A stretch of 64,000 nt of DNA from an uncultured bacterium. GTDB taxonomy: Bacteria; Verrucomicrobiota; Verrucomicrobiia; Verrucomicrobiales; DEV007. The notes beneath the pieces were generated by a model. It worked only from the letters and a program-made list of their open reading frames with translations. It was not told the origin of the DNA and did no database searches. A program made the translations under genes and the position numbers. The stretch spans positions 544,001-608,000 of the forward strand of contig CAXBMO010000001.1 of the NCBI GenBank assembly GCA_963977015.1. Direction: 5' to 3'. This document shows positions 18,096-27,186 of this stretch, in pieces (within the stretch, counting starts at the first letter, position 1; every line of letters begins with the position of its first letter).

Positions 18096-18965
18096 CTACG
18101 TTAACGCGGTGACCCAGACACCGACGTCGAGGGTGGCTCCCTCAGGCCCGACAAACGATCCGGCCACTGGCGGCACGGATTCCGGGAGCCTGGCTACGGC
18201 CACCGCGATGTGATTGGTTCCCACGATCTCGCCGCTGGTGGGGTCGAACCCTTTCCAGCCCGCCCCAGGCAGATAGACTTCCGCCCACGCATGGGTCGCC
18301 CCGAAATTGGCCGACGAAGGCTCAGCGTTGAGGTAGCCGCTGGCAAAGCGCGCCGCCAGACCGAGGCGTCGAGCGGCAGCCATGAACAAGGACGCGAAAT
18401 CGCGGCAGGAGCCTGATTCCAGACGCAGCGTCTCATCCGGAGCTTGAACGCCGGGTTCCTCGCGAATTTGATAGCTGAAGGTTTGCGGGATCTGCTCGCA
18501 GATGCGTCGCAGCAACGCGTAGGTTTGAATGGGTTCGCCCGGAGTCCACAAACTTGAGACCCAACCTTTCAAGGACTCTCCGTCCTTCGGCCCGGCTTCG
18601 TCAAGGTAGGGGGAGAGAACCGCGCGGTCTTCCGGGGTGTAGTTAAATGGATAATCGGTCGCATAATCGGCAACCAGGAAGTCGAGTGGAGCTTGGTTGA
18701 ATTGCTGGATGACGATTTCACTCTCAATCGCGAGTTGGCTGGCGGTGGTCTCAAACACCGCTGTCGCAACGGAGTTGTCTTCCACGTCCCGATGCCAACG
18801 AAGCGTAGCGTCAGGGGTGATTTCGAGGTTTGAGGATTCGATTCGCAGTTCATGGCCCTCTCTCGGGCGCAGGCGCAATTGGTGTGGCTCGAGCCGCACG
18901 GGGCCCGAGAAATTGTAGTAGGTGCGGTGAAGAATTTTATAGCGCTGCATTAGGATTACATTCAC
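18096..18965 (-). CDS. Transglutaminase-like protein (Bact_transglu_N plus core)
   Basis: GSCRDFA, SGYL, THAWAEVYLPGAGWKGFDPT (Cys-His-Asp triad). Confidence 0.93.
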   Translation of the reverse strand: MNVILMQRYKILHRTYYNFSGPVRLEPHQLRLRPREGHELRIESSNLEITPDATLRWHRDVEDNSVATAVFETTASQLAIESEIVIQQFNQAPLDFLVADYATDYPFNYTPEDRAVLSPYLDEAGPKDGESLKGWVSSLWTPGEPIQTYALLRRICEQIPQTFSYQIREEPGVQAPDETLRLESGSCRDFASLFMAAARRLGLAARFASGYLNAEPSSANFGATHAWAEVYLPGAGWKGFDPTSGEIVGTNHIAVAVARLPESVPPVAGSFVGPEGATLDVGVWVTALT

Positions 18966-19343
18966 AATGCCTCTTCTTCGAGTCGACTACAACATGCGAT
19001 GCCGGTGTCGCTGCCAACTTGGGTGAAATCTGCCTCCCTTGAAGGATCTGAGTTGCTGACAAGTCCATTCTGGGCATGGGACCGGTTCCCTAATGGCAAG
19101 TAGTGCGGCCAACAAGTCGTCCAGCGAGACACTCGCAATCGCCGAGGCTGCGAAGGGGAGGATTAGCTTCCGACCGTGAAGCATCGAGCCGCAGGTATGA
19201 CCCACGTTGGGCATGTAGTCACGAACCGTTCACGTGAATAGAACCCGTTGGAGAAGCGTTCTAACTATCGAAGCTACTACGGCTGACATGTCCCTGACTT
19301 GTCCCTACGGCAAAACGTAGCTATATTGATTTTAGGAGATGTT

Positions 19344-20525
19344 ATGATGAATTCCCCCCATCTCCATAGCGGCTCGCCGCAGGATTTTGAAATCCTGGAA
19401 GACTCCGAACACGAACAGATTGTTTTCTGCAAGGATCTGGAGTCCGGGCTACGGGCGATCATCGCCATTCACAACACGGCGCTGGGGCCCAGCCTGGGCG
19501 GATGCCGCATGTGGAACTACGGTTCGGAAGCGGAGGCGCTAACCGATGCGCTGCGTCTGAGCCGCGGCATGAGCTACAAATCAGCGCTGGCCGGGCTGCC
19601 ACTGGGCGGTGGGAAGGCCGTGATTTGGGGGGATTCGAAGCGGGACAAATCCAAGGCGATGTTTCGCGCTTTCGGACGATTTGTCGAAAGCCTGAACGGG
19701 CGTTACATCACCGGGGAAGACGTTGGCACCAGCATGGCTGACATGGACGTCATCTTTGAAGAAACCAGCTACGTGGTGGGCGTTTCGCCTCGCTTGGGCG
19801 GCTCCGGCGATCCCAGCCGTTATACGGCTTACGGCTGTTTGCAGGGCATCCGCGCCTCGGTTAAGGAACAGCTGAATCGAGACACGCTCAAAGGGATTCG
19901 CGTTGCGATTCAGGGGATCGGGCATGTGGGGCAAAACCTGGCCCGGATGCTCCGCGAACAAGATGCCGAGGTGATTGCGGCGGATCTCGATACGGAAAAA
20001 TGTAGGAAGTTTTGCGACGAATTCGACTGCGAACCAGCCAACGCCGAAGAGATCCTTTTCGTCGATTGCGACGTCCTTGCGCCCTGTGCCATGGGCGGCG
20101 CGATCAACGACGACACCATTGACAAGCTGAATTGCTCGATCGTGGCGGGATCGGCCAACAATCAACTTGCAGCAAAGCGCCATGGAAAGGCGCTGGCGGA
20201 CAAGGGCATTCTCTACGCGCCGGATTATGCCATTAATTCCGGGGGGCTCATCAACGTTTCGTTGGAGTTGGAAGGCTACAACCGCGACGAGGCGGTTTGC
20301 CGAGTCAAGCGCCTCTACGATGTCTTGTCGCACATCTACAAGATTGCCCGGGCAGAAGGGATTCCCACCAACGAAGCGGCAGACCATGTCGCCGAGCAAC
20401 GCCTTGAGAACGCCAAACACCAATCGCGGCGAGTTTGGCTGGCTCGGGAACATCCCTCCTTCATTCACCGCAATCAGGAAAGGTCCCTGCCGGGAAGTCA
20501 ATCTCAGCTGGATCTTTTTGGATAA
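19344..20525 (+). CDS. Leucine/valine dehydrogenase (Glu/Leu/Phe/Val family)
   Basis: LGPSLGGCR, GMSYK, GGGKAVI, GEDVG, GIGHVG, GSANNQL; AGGAG RBS at 19334-19338. Confidence 0.95.
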   Translation: MMNSPHLHSGSPQDFEILEDSEHEQIVFCKDLESGLRAIIAIHNTALGPSLGGCRMWNYGSEAEALTDALRLSRGMSYKSALAGLPLGGGKAVIWGDSKRDKSKAMFRAFGRFVESLNGRYITGEDVGTSMADMDVIFEETSYVVGVSPRLGGSGDPSRYTAYGCLQGIRASVKEQLNRDTLKGIRVAIQGIGHVGQNLARMLREQDAEVIAADLDTEKCRKFCDEFDCEPANAEEILFVDCDVLAPCAMGGAINDDTIDKLNCSIVAGSANNQLAAKRHGKALADKGILYAPDYAINSGGLINVSLELEGYNRDEAVCRVKRLYDVLSHIYKIARAEGIPTNEAADHVAEQRLENAKHQSRRVWLAREHPSFIHRNQERSLPGSQSQLDLFG

Positions 20526-20562
20526 AGACTGAGGCTTGCGTTCGTCGAGCCTTTTGAGGTGC

Positions 20563-21687
20563 TTACTCCATTGGGTAATCGCGTTTCGCCGGTCCGGTAT
20601 AGAGCGACCGGGGCCGAATCAGGCGATTGTTTTTCTGTTGCTCGATCACGTGGGCACACCAGCCACTAACGCGCGAACAGGCAAAGAGCGGGGTATTCAG
20701 TTGGGCGGGAAGATCAAGCATCAGAAACACGGGCGCCGCATAGAGATCGACGTTCGCGCAGAGTTGTTTTTCGCGCCACATCACCTTCTCCAACTCCTCG
20801 CAGACCGGTACCCAGTGTGTCTGTCCGCATCGCTTTCCGAGATCGCGGGCCAACTCGCGCATAATAGGCACGCGGCTGTCGCCGGTCTTATATACGCGGT
20901 GCCCGAAACCCATGATCTTCTCCTTTTTCGCCAGCTTTTCTTGAAGCCAGGATTCGGCGTCTTCCGGCGTCCGGATTTGTTCCAGCATGTGAATGGACTC
21001 CTGGTTGGCTCCTCCATGGAGAGGGCCTTTCAAGGTGCCGATGGCGGAAGTGATCGCGGCGTAGATATCCGCGAGAGTCGATGCCGTAACCCGCGCCGAG
21101 AACGTGGAAGCGTTGAAGTCGTGATCCGCGTAGAGAACAAAAATGGTATCCAGCATCTTCGTTTTCCACGTCTCTGGCTCCACGCCTTGCAAGCGGTAAA
21201 GGAAGTTGGCGGCGTGGGGCAAATCATCGCGGGACGGAAGCAAATCCTCACCCTGCAAGATTCGCCAACTGTCGGTAATGAGGGTAGAGGCTCGAGCAAT
21301 GATTCGAATCGCTTTCCGCACATTGGCCTCTACCGACAAATCGCTCAGGTCGTCATCAAAGGTGCTCAACATCGACATCCCGGTTCGCAGGGCGTCCATC
21401 GGATGCGTCTTCTTGGGAAGCAGGTGGAGCATTTCGATCACCGGGGGCGGCAGTTCGCGTTCGCGTTGCATTTCCAGCCGCAGCGAGGCCAACTGTTGGT
21501 CCGTCGGTAATTCGCCGTGAAACAGCAGCCAGACGACTTCCTCAAACGTGCTCTTCTCGGCCATTTGATGAATGTCGTAGCCGCGATAGGTAAGTCCCGC
21601 ATCGGGATCGACCCAGCAGATGGCGGATTCGCCCGCAATAACCCCGGCAAGTCCGGGGCTGTATTCTTGTTTGGTCGTGGTTTTCAT
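20563..21687 (-). CDS. prpC: 2-methylcitrate synthase / citrate synthase
   Basis: DHDFNASTF, GPLHGGAN, MGFGHRVY, NVD; next to prpB and prpD. Start uncertain. Confidence 0.85.
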   Translation of the reverse strand: MKTTTKQEYSPGLAGVIAGESAICWVDPDAGLTYRGYDIHQMAEKSTFEEVVWLLFHGELPTDQQLASLRLEMQRERELPPPVIEMLHLLPKKTHPMDALRTGMSMLSTFDDDLSDLSVEANVRKAIRIIARASTLITDSWRILQGEDLLPSRDDLPHAANFLYRLQGVEPETWKTKMLDTIFVLYADHDFNASTFSARVTASTLADIYAAITSAIGTLKGPLHGGANQESIHMLEQIRTPEDAESWLQEKLAKKEKIMGFGHRVYKTGDSRVPIMRELARDLGKRCGQTHWVPVCEELEKVMWREKQLCANVDLYAAPVFLMLDLPAQLNTPLFACSRVSGWCAHVIEQQKNNRLIRPRSLYTGPAKRDYPME

Positions 21688-21833
21688 ACTCGAAACGTTC
21701 AAATACTCCATCCATTTCTCATCCATCGACTCGCCTGGTTTTTGCCGATGGAAACAGTCCCTAACCTTTGGACGCACATCGTCTTCCGAATCATCAATTC
21801 CAGCTGCGATCACGCACCGGTGAATTCAACCAA

Positions 21834-22676
21834 CTAACGGTCCTTGGGATCATAGCCCAGCAACGCGTAGAGTTCGTCTCTCGTTTGCATTCGATCGAGC
21901 CACGCAGATTGAGTTCCGTCGCGTTTTAGGTCACCGAGGCAAGCCTCCGCCGCGTGCATCGAAGCGCGAAACGCCGTTTGTGGAAAGATGACCATGCGGT
22001 AGCCCATTTCGGCCAGTTCATCCACGGTGAGGAGGGGCCCTTTACCAAACTCGGTCATGTTGGCGAGAAGCGGCGCGTCCACTTCGCGGGCGAAGCTGGC
22101 GAATTCTTCGGCGGACGCCAGAGCTTCGGGGAAAATGGCGTCGGCGCCGGCCTCGAGGTAGGCGTGGGCGCGTTCAACAGCGGGAGCAAATCCTTCGACC
22201 GCACGGGCGTCGGTGCGGGCGATGATGAGGAAGTCCGGGTCGGTTCTGGCGGCGACGGCTGCGCGGAGTTTCTGGGTCATCTCATCCACGGTCGTGACGT
22301 TTTTGCCGGAGAGATGACCACAGCGTTTCGGAAATTCCTGGTCTTCGAGATGCAGGCCGGCAAGGCCCGCGCGTTCGAATTCGCGGACCGTGCGGGCGGC
22401 GTTTTCGGGGCCGCCGAAACCCGTGTCGGCGTCGGCGATTGCGGGAATCGAAACGGCTTTTGCGATGTAGCCGGCCAGTTGCGCCACTTCGGTCAGGGTG
22501 AGGAGCCCGATGTCCGGAACCCCGACCGTGGCGTTGGCCAAACCAGCCCCGCTCACGTAAACGGCGGGAAACCCGGCGCGTTCGATCAGGCGGCCGGTGG
22601 CGGCGTTGCAGGCGCCGGGCATGGCGACGCAGCCTTCGGCGATCGCGGCGCGGAGCCTGGAGGCGGCGGTTTTCAT
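21834..22676 (-). CDS. prpB: Methylisocitrate lyase
   Basis: DADTGFG, PKRCGHL, ARTDA, NMTEFGK; ATGA overlap with prpD. Confidence 0.93.
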   Translation of the reverse strand: MKTAASRLRAAIAEGCVAMPGACNAATGRLIERAGFPAVYVSGAGLANATVGVPDIGLLTLTEVAQLAGYIAKAVSIPAIADADTGFGGPENAARTVREFERAGLAGLHLEDQEFPKRCGHLSGKNVTTVDEMTQKLRAAVAARTDPDFLIIARTDARAVEGFAPAVERAHAYLEAGADAIFPEALASAEEFASFAREVDAPLLANMTEFGKGPLLTVDELAEMGYRMVIFPQTAFRASMHAAEACLGDLKRDGTQSAWLDRMQTRDELYALLGYDPKDR

Positions 22677-24055
22677 TTGGGCTGAGTATTCGAACCACCA
22701 AATTTGAAATCCGAAAGGGCTTCCACCGACTTCAGCGAGTCCAGATTCCACGCCAATTCCATCAACTTGCTCGCCTTTTCACCAGTCAGGGCGAGGAACT
22801 TGGCTTCCACTTCGGCGTCGCTCATCGGATTCTTGGCATGGCCGCGGGGATGATCAACACGCTCGGTGACGTCGGTTCCGTCCCGCAAACGGACGTGGAC
22901 GATGTTGCCGACGGCGCCGGGATAGGCTGCGCTCAATTCGGCGTGGCGTGTCACCTTGACCCGCTCAACCAGGGAAAGCAGTCCCTCGTCCGTGAAGCGT
23001 TCGGGCGCAAACTGCCGCTCCGTAATTTCGCCATCGGCGAGGGCGGCGGCGACGATGTAAGGCAGACTGTGATCGGCGGTTTCGCGGTTCTGGGGGCGCC
23101 ACTTTTCGGGCTCGCTTCCGATGATGTCGACCGCGGCATCATGGCTTTCAACGGTCACGGACTCGACCGCTTCGATGCCTGGAATCCGGTCGCGGAGCTT
23201 CAACGCCGCTTCAATCGCGCTTTGGGAGTGGTATTCGGCCGGCCAGCCCTTGATTGAAGTTTTCAAGATCATGAGATCTGAGGACTCACCCGCCAAAGTG
23301 AAGTTTTCGAGCGGACCGCTGACCAGCTTTTCAAAACCCATCGCGCCTTCAAAAATCGGACCGGGACCGGTCATGCCGTTTTTGGCGAGCAAGGCGGCGA
23401 AAACTCCCTGCCGGGCCGCGGCTCCGACGGTAGCGCCCTTCCAATGGGAGAGTTCGCCGACGCGGGATTGGCGGAGGGCGCCAGCTGCCACTCCGGCAAT
23501 GTTGATGGCATGGCGGGTTTGTTCGCAATCCAGATTCAGCAACCGGGATGCACCCAACGCGACCGAAAAGGGAACGTAGCTGACGTGGTCCCAGCCGCGC
23601 GAACGGGGTGAGGCAGCGTCACAGAGCCGGCACTGAATTTCGTAAGCCAAGGCGATCGCCGCGATCAGTTCTTTGCCGGTTGAACCCGCGGATTCGGCGA
23701 TGGCGAGGAGGGGCGCGATGTTGTCGCTGGGATGGGCCGGTTCTTTGGAAAGGTAGGTGTCGTTGAAATCGAGGTAGCGGACACAGACGCCGTTGGCGAA
23801 GGCTGCCCAATCCGGGGGCACGCGCAAGTTCGTTCCAAACAGTCTCGCCCCATTCGGCGTCACGAATGCCCCGGCCGTCTGGCGAGCGATGCTTGCGGGT
23901 TCGGAGTTGAGGGCGCCGATGGCGCATCCGAGAGAATCGATGAGCCGGCGTTTCACTTCGCGAACCGCTGACTCGTCCACGTTCTCAAAGCGGAAGTCGC
24001 CCGCGTATTGGGCGAGACGATCGGCCAGCGGCTTGGAATCAGCACTCAAATTCAT
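22673..24055 (-). CDS. prpD: 2-methylcitrate dehydratase (MmgE/PrpD)
   Basis: RYLDFNDTYLSKEPAHPSDN, LSHWKG, RETADHSLPY. Confidence 0.93.
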   Translation of the reverse strand: MNLSADSKPLADRLAQYAGDFRFENVDESAVREVKRRLIDSLGCAIGALNSEPASIARQTAGAFVTPNGARLFGTNLRVPPDWAAFANGVCVRYLDFNDTYLSKEPAHPSDNIAPLLAIAESAGSTGKELIAAIALAYEIQCRLCDAASPRSRGWDHVSYVPFSVALGASRLLNLDCEQTRHAINIAGVAAGALRQSRVGELSHWKGATVGAAARQGVFAALLAKNGMTGPGPIFEGAMGFEKLVSGPLENFTLAGESSDLMILKTSIKGWPAEYHSQSAIEAALKLRDRIPGIEAVESVTVESHDAAVDIIGSEPEKWRPQNRETADHSLPYIVAAALADGEITERQFAPERFTDEGLLSLVERVKVTRHAELSAAYPGAVGNIVHVRLRDGTDVTERVDHPRGHAKNPMSDAEVEAKFLALTGEKASKLMELAWNLDSLKSVEALSDFKFGGSNTQPK

Positions 24056-24207
24056 CAATGGGGGAGGGGGCGGAAGTGGGAACGGCGCCTTTGTTTGGGC
24101 GGCTCTTTCGCCCGGATCTTCAATCAGGTCGCCGACAAATATGGCTCTGCTGGGGCCAAGTTCATGAATGGAAGTATAGTGGAAGGCGGTCGAATTCTAA
24201 AGAACGA

Positions 24208-25353
24208 ATGCCGAACTCCCCCAAACAAGCCCCCATTCGCCTCCTAACCGCGGTGCCGATTTGCGATGGGCATGACAGTGCGATTTCCACGATTAATCTG
24301 GAATTTAGCCGCCGGGGGCTGGAGATCATTTACCTCGGCTATCACCGGCGTGCGCGGGAAATCGTGCGCGCGGCGGTACAGGAAGACGTGCGCGCCATTG
24401 GCATTTCAAGCTACAACGGCGGGCACGTCGAGTTCTTCGAAGTGGTTGCCAAGCTTCTCAAGGAAGAGGGGGCCGGGCATATCGGAATCTTCGGGGGTGG
24501 CGGCGGAACGATCACACCGGAGGACGCGGAGGTGATGGCCGGATTTGGCGTGGATCGCATTTTTTTCGCCGGAACCAAGTTGGAAGAAATGGTGGGTTGG
24601 GTGAAGGCGCATTATTCGGAACAACCCACGAGAGAAATCCTCACCGATGCCTCGACGGATCTGGCGCTGGGACGAATGATCACCGCCGCTGAGTTTGCAG
24701 GGAAGGTTCCCAAACCGCCTCCGCGAAGTCGGCGTCCGGCCATCTTCGGATTCACCGGACCAGGCGGCGCCGGAAAGACGACGTTGATCGACGAGCTGTT
24801 GGCGCGCTGGTTGGCGACCCAGCCGAAAGGCCGCCTGGCGATCTTGTCGCACGATCCCAGCATCGTGGGCAAAGGTGCGCTGCTCGGCGACCGGGCCGGG
24901 ATGATCCACGTGCACGATGACCGCATTTTTGTTCGCAGCCTCGCCACGGCCGGTCGCGCCGGAGGCCTGGCGCCAATGACAGAGCGTTGCCTTCAGATTC
25001 TCTGCCAGCCGGATTGGGGCTTCGACACGATTTTCGTCGAAACGGTCGGCATCGGCCAGGAAGCGATCCCGTTTGGCGAAGGCTGGGTTGATGCCGCCGT
25101 CTTCGTCCTCAATCCGGATTACGGCAGCCGGCTCCAGCTTCAGAAAATCGCCATGCTCGACGTCGCCGACATCGTGGTACTCAACAAGTTCGACCGCCCT
25201 GAGGCTCCCGCGGCCTTGGCGGAACTGGAGGACCGCCTGAGCTTGCGCGAACGCCCGCATCAAGTCTTCACGACCGTGGCCAGTCGGCATCGCGATCCCG
25301 GTGTGGACCGGTTGTTCGAAACGCTGAACATACAAAAGGAGGAGGGGGCATGA
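24208..25353 (+). CDS. B12-binding domain fused to MeaB/MeaI-type GTPase (N-terminal half of an IcmF-like enzyme)
   Basis: DGHD cobalamin-His motif, SSYNGGH, GGGGTI, P-loop GPGGAGKT, ETVGIGQ, NKFD. Confidence 0.88.
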   Translation: MPNSPKQAPIRLLTAVPICDGHDSAISTINLEFSRRGLEIIYLGYHRRAREIVRAAVQEDVRAIGISSYNGGHVEFFEVVAKLLKEEGAGHIGIFGGGGGTITPEDAEVMAGFGVDRIFFAGTKLEEMVGWVKAHYSEQPTREILTDASTDLALGRMITAAEFAGKVPKPPPRSRRPAIFGFTGPGGAGKTTLIDELLARWLATQPKGRLAILSHDPSIVGKGALLGDRAGMIHVHDDRIFVRSLATAGRAGGLAPMTERCLQILCQPDWGFDTIFVETVGIGQEAIPFGEGWVDAAVFVLNPDYGSRLQLQKIAMLDVADIVVLNKFDRPEAPAALAELEDRLSLRERPHQVFTTVASRHRDPGVDRLFETLNIQKEEGA

Positions 25354-27089
25354 GTGTACTGGCGCAAATCAACCGGGCGGTCGAAGCGTTCAATTCGAAC
25401 GTTGAAAAACGCGTCCGCCAGGCGCGCGAGGACGAAGAATTTGCGGAAGAGACGAAGCGCCGTTGGGACGCAATCTGCAGCGAGATCACCGAAGTCGAAA
25501 CGCCGACCGGATTGAAGTTGCCGCGGCTCGCCCTGCCGCAAACCGACGAACCCGGTGAGATTGTGCGTTACCTGGAAGGCGAGGGGCTGCCGGGCGAATT
25601 TCCGTTTGTGAACGCGATTTATCGGGAAATGTATCGCGGGGAGGAGGAAGAGCCGACCCGCTTATTCGCAGGTCTCGGGTTAGCCGAAGACACCAACGAG
25701 CGATTTCATTACCTCACCGGACATCAGGAGAGCCGGCGGCTCAGCACCGCGTTCGACGGCCCCACGCTCTACGGCATCGACAGCGATGAGGAAGACGTTT
25801 TTGGCAAAATCGGCGAGGGCGGTGTCGCCATCGACACGATCGAGGACATGGAACGGCTCTACGCGGGGTTTCCGCTCGATGACCTGCGGTTGTCGGTGTC
25901 GATGACCATCAACGGCCCCGCTCCCACGATCCTGGCAATGTACGTCGCGATGGCCAAAAAACGGCACGGCGAGGGCGTCATCGAAGAGCTGCGTGGCACG
26001 GTCCAGGCCGACATTCTCAAGGAAGTCCAGGCCCAGAACGAGAGCCTCTTTGCGGTCGACGCCTCCCTCCGGTTTCTCACCGACATGGTCGAATTCGCCG
26101 CGGAACGCATGCCGCGCTGGTATCCCATTTCCATCAGCGGCTACCACATGACCGAAGCCGGCGCGACGCCCGTGCAGCAGGCCGCCTACACGCTTTCGAA
26201 CGGGTTCGCCTACGTCGAGATGTTTCGCGAGCGCGGCATGAAGCTCGACCGCTTCGCCCCGAGACTGTCCTTCTTTCTGGATTGTGGACTCGACGTGGAA
26301 TACCTCGTCCTGGCGCGGGTTTGCCGGAAGCTCTGGGCCGTCGGAATGCGCGACGTTTTCGGCGCGGAGGCGTCAGCTCAGAAGTTCAAACTCCACACCC
26401 AAACCAGCGGCCGTTCCCTCGTCGCCGCCGAGTTCAAAAACAACCTGACCCGCACCGCGGTGGAGTTGATGCTCGCCTACATCAACGCCACGAACTCCAG
26501 CCACAGCAACAGCGCCGATGAACCGTTCACCACCCCGAGCGAGGAATACGTTCGCCTCGCTTCCCACGGCCAATCGATCCTTCTGGAAGAATCCGGGCTG
26601 TTCAAACACATGATGAACACGTTGGCGGGATCGCCCGGGATGAAGATTCTCGAGAGCCGGGTCGAAGCCGCAATTTTGAGCGAGTTTCGCGAAATCGACC
26701 GGTTGGGCGGCGTGCTCGCTGCGATGGAGCATCGTTACCAGCGCAGCCAGATTCAATCTGCGGCTCTACGCTACGAACGCGCCATTTCGGAGGGGACACG
26801 ACCGATCATCGGCGTGAACCGCTACGCCAGTGTCACGGGCTCCGACTCCCCCGAAATCGAACTGGTCCGTATTCCGCATGAGAAAAAGGAGCGGCAAGTC
26901 GCGCGGGTGAGGGACTTCAAACAGCGTCACGCCGGGGAAGCCGGACATGCTCTGCAACGCCTGGCTCAAGTCGTGGAGAATGGCGGGAATGTCTTCGAGG
27001 AACTCATCACCACGGTAGAGACCTGCACGTTGGGCCAGATTACTGAATTGCTACAAGAGGTGACCGGACCGTTCCGGCCCAGTTTGTAA
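25350..27089 (+). CDS. AdoCbl-dependent acyl-CoA mutase substrate-binding subunit (C-terminal half of an IcmF-like isobutyryl-CoA mutase)
   Basis: PTRLFAG, RLSTAFD, SMTINGPAP, GTVQADILKEVQAQN, SISGYH; strong RBS and ATGA overlap. Confidence 0.88.
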   Translation: MSVLAQINRAVEAFNSNVEKRVRQAREDEEFAEETKRRWDAICSEITEVETPTGLKLPRLALPQTDEPGEIVRYLEGEGLPGEFPFVNAIYREMYRGEEEEPTRLFAGLGLAEDTNERFHYLTGHQESRRLSTAFDGPTLYGIDSDEEDVFGKIGEGGVAIDTIEDMERLYAGFPLDDLRLSVSMTINGPAPTILAMYVAMAKKRHGEGVIEELRGTVQADILKEVQAQNESLFAVDASLRFLTDMVEFAAERMPRWYPISISGYHMTEAGATPVQQAAYTLSNGFAYVEMFRERGMKLDRFAPRLSFFLDCGLDVEYLVLARVCRKLWAVGMRDVFGAEASAQKFKLHTQTSGRSLVAAEFKNNLTRTAVELMLAYINATNSSHSNSADEPFTTPSEEYVRLASHGQSILLEESGLFKHMMNTLAGSPGMKILESRVEAAILSEFREIDRLGGVLAAMEHRYQRSQIQSAALRYERAISEGTRPIIGVNRYASVTGSDSPEIELVRIPHEKKERQVARVRDFKQRHAGEAGHALQRLAQVVENGGNVFEELITTVETCTLGQITELLQEVTGPFRPSL

Positions 27090-27186
27090 ACCGAATCCAT
27101 CACGGGTGGAGCCAGCCCGGATACAAATGCATCGTTTCGGGTGGTTCTCGCATTCCCGCCGCGAGATGCGTAGGTAGTCAAGCCTG

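Noticed and set aside
18987-19214. 75-aa ORF upstream of the transglutaminase gene
   Set aside because: No motif, RBS or codon-bias support.
24056-24207. Cobalamin riboswitch upstream of the B12 mutase genes
   Set aside because: The spacer is short and lacks recognisable B12-box or GGGAA/GCCACTG elements.
25340-25360. Sequencing frameshift splitting icmF
   Set aside because: A strong Shine-Dalgarno and ATGA coupling at the junction indicate two genuine genes.
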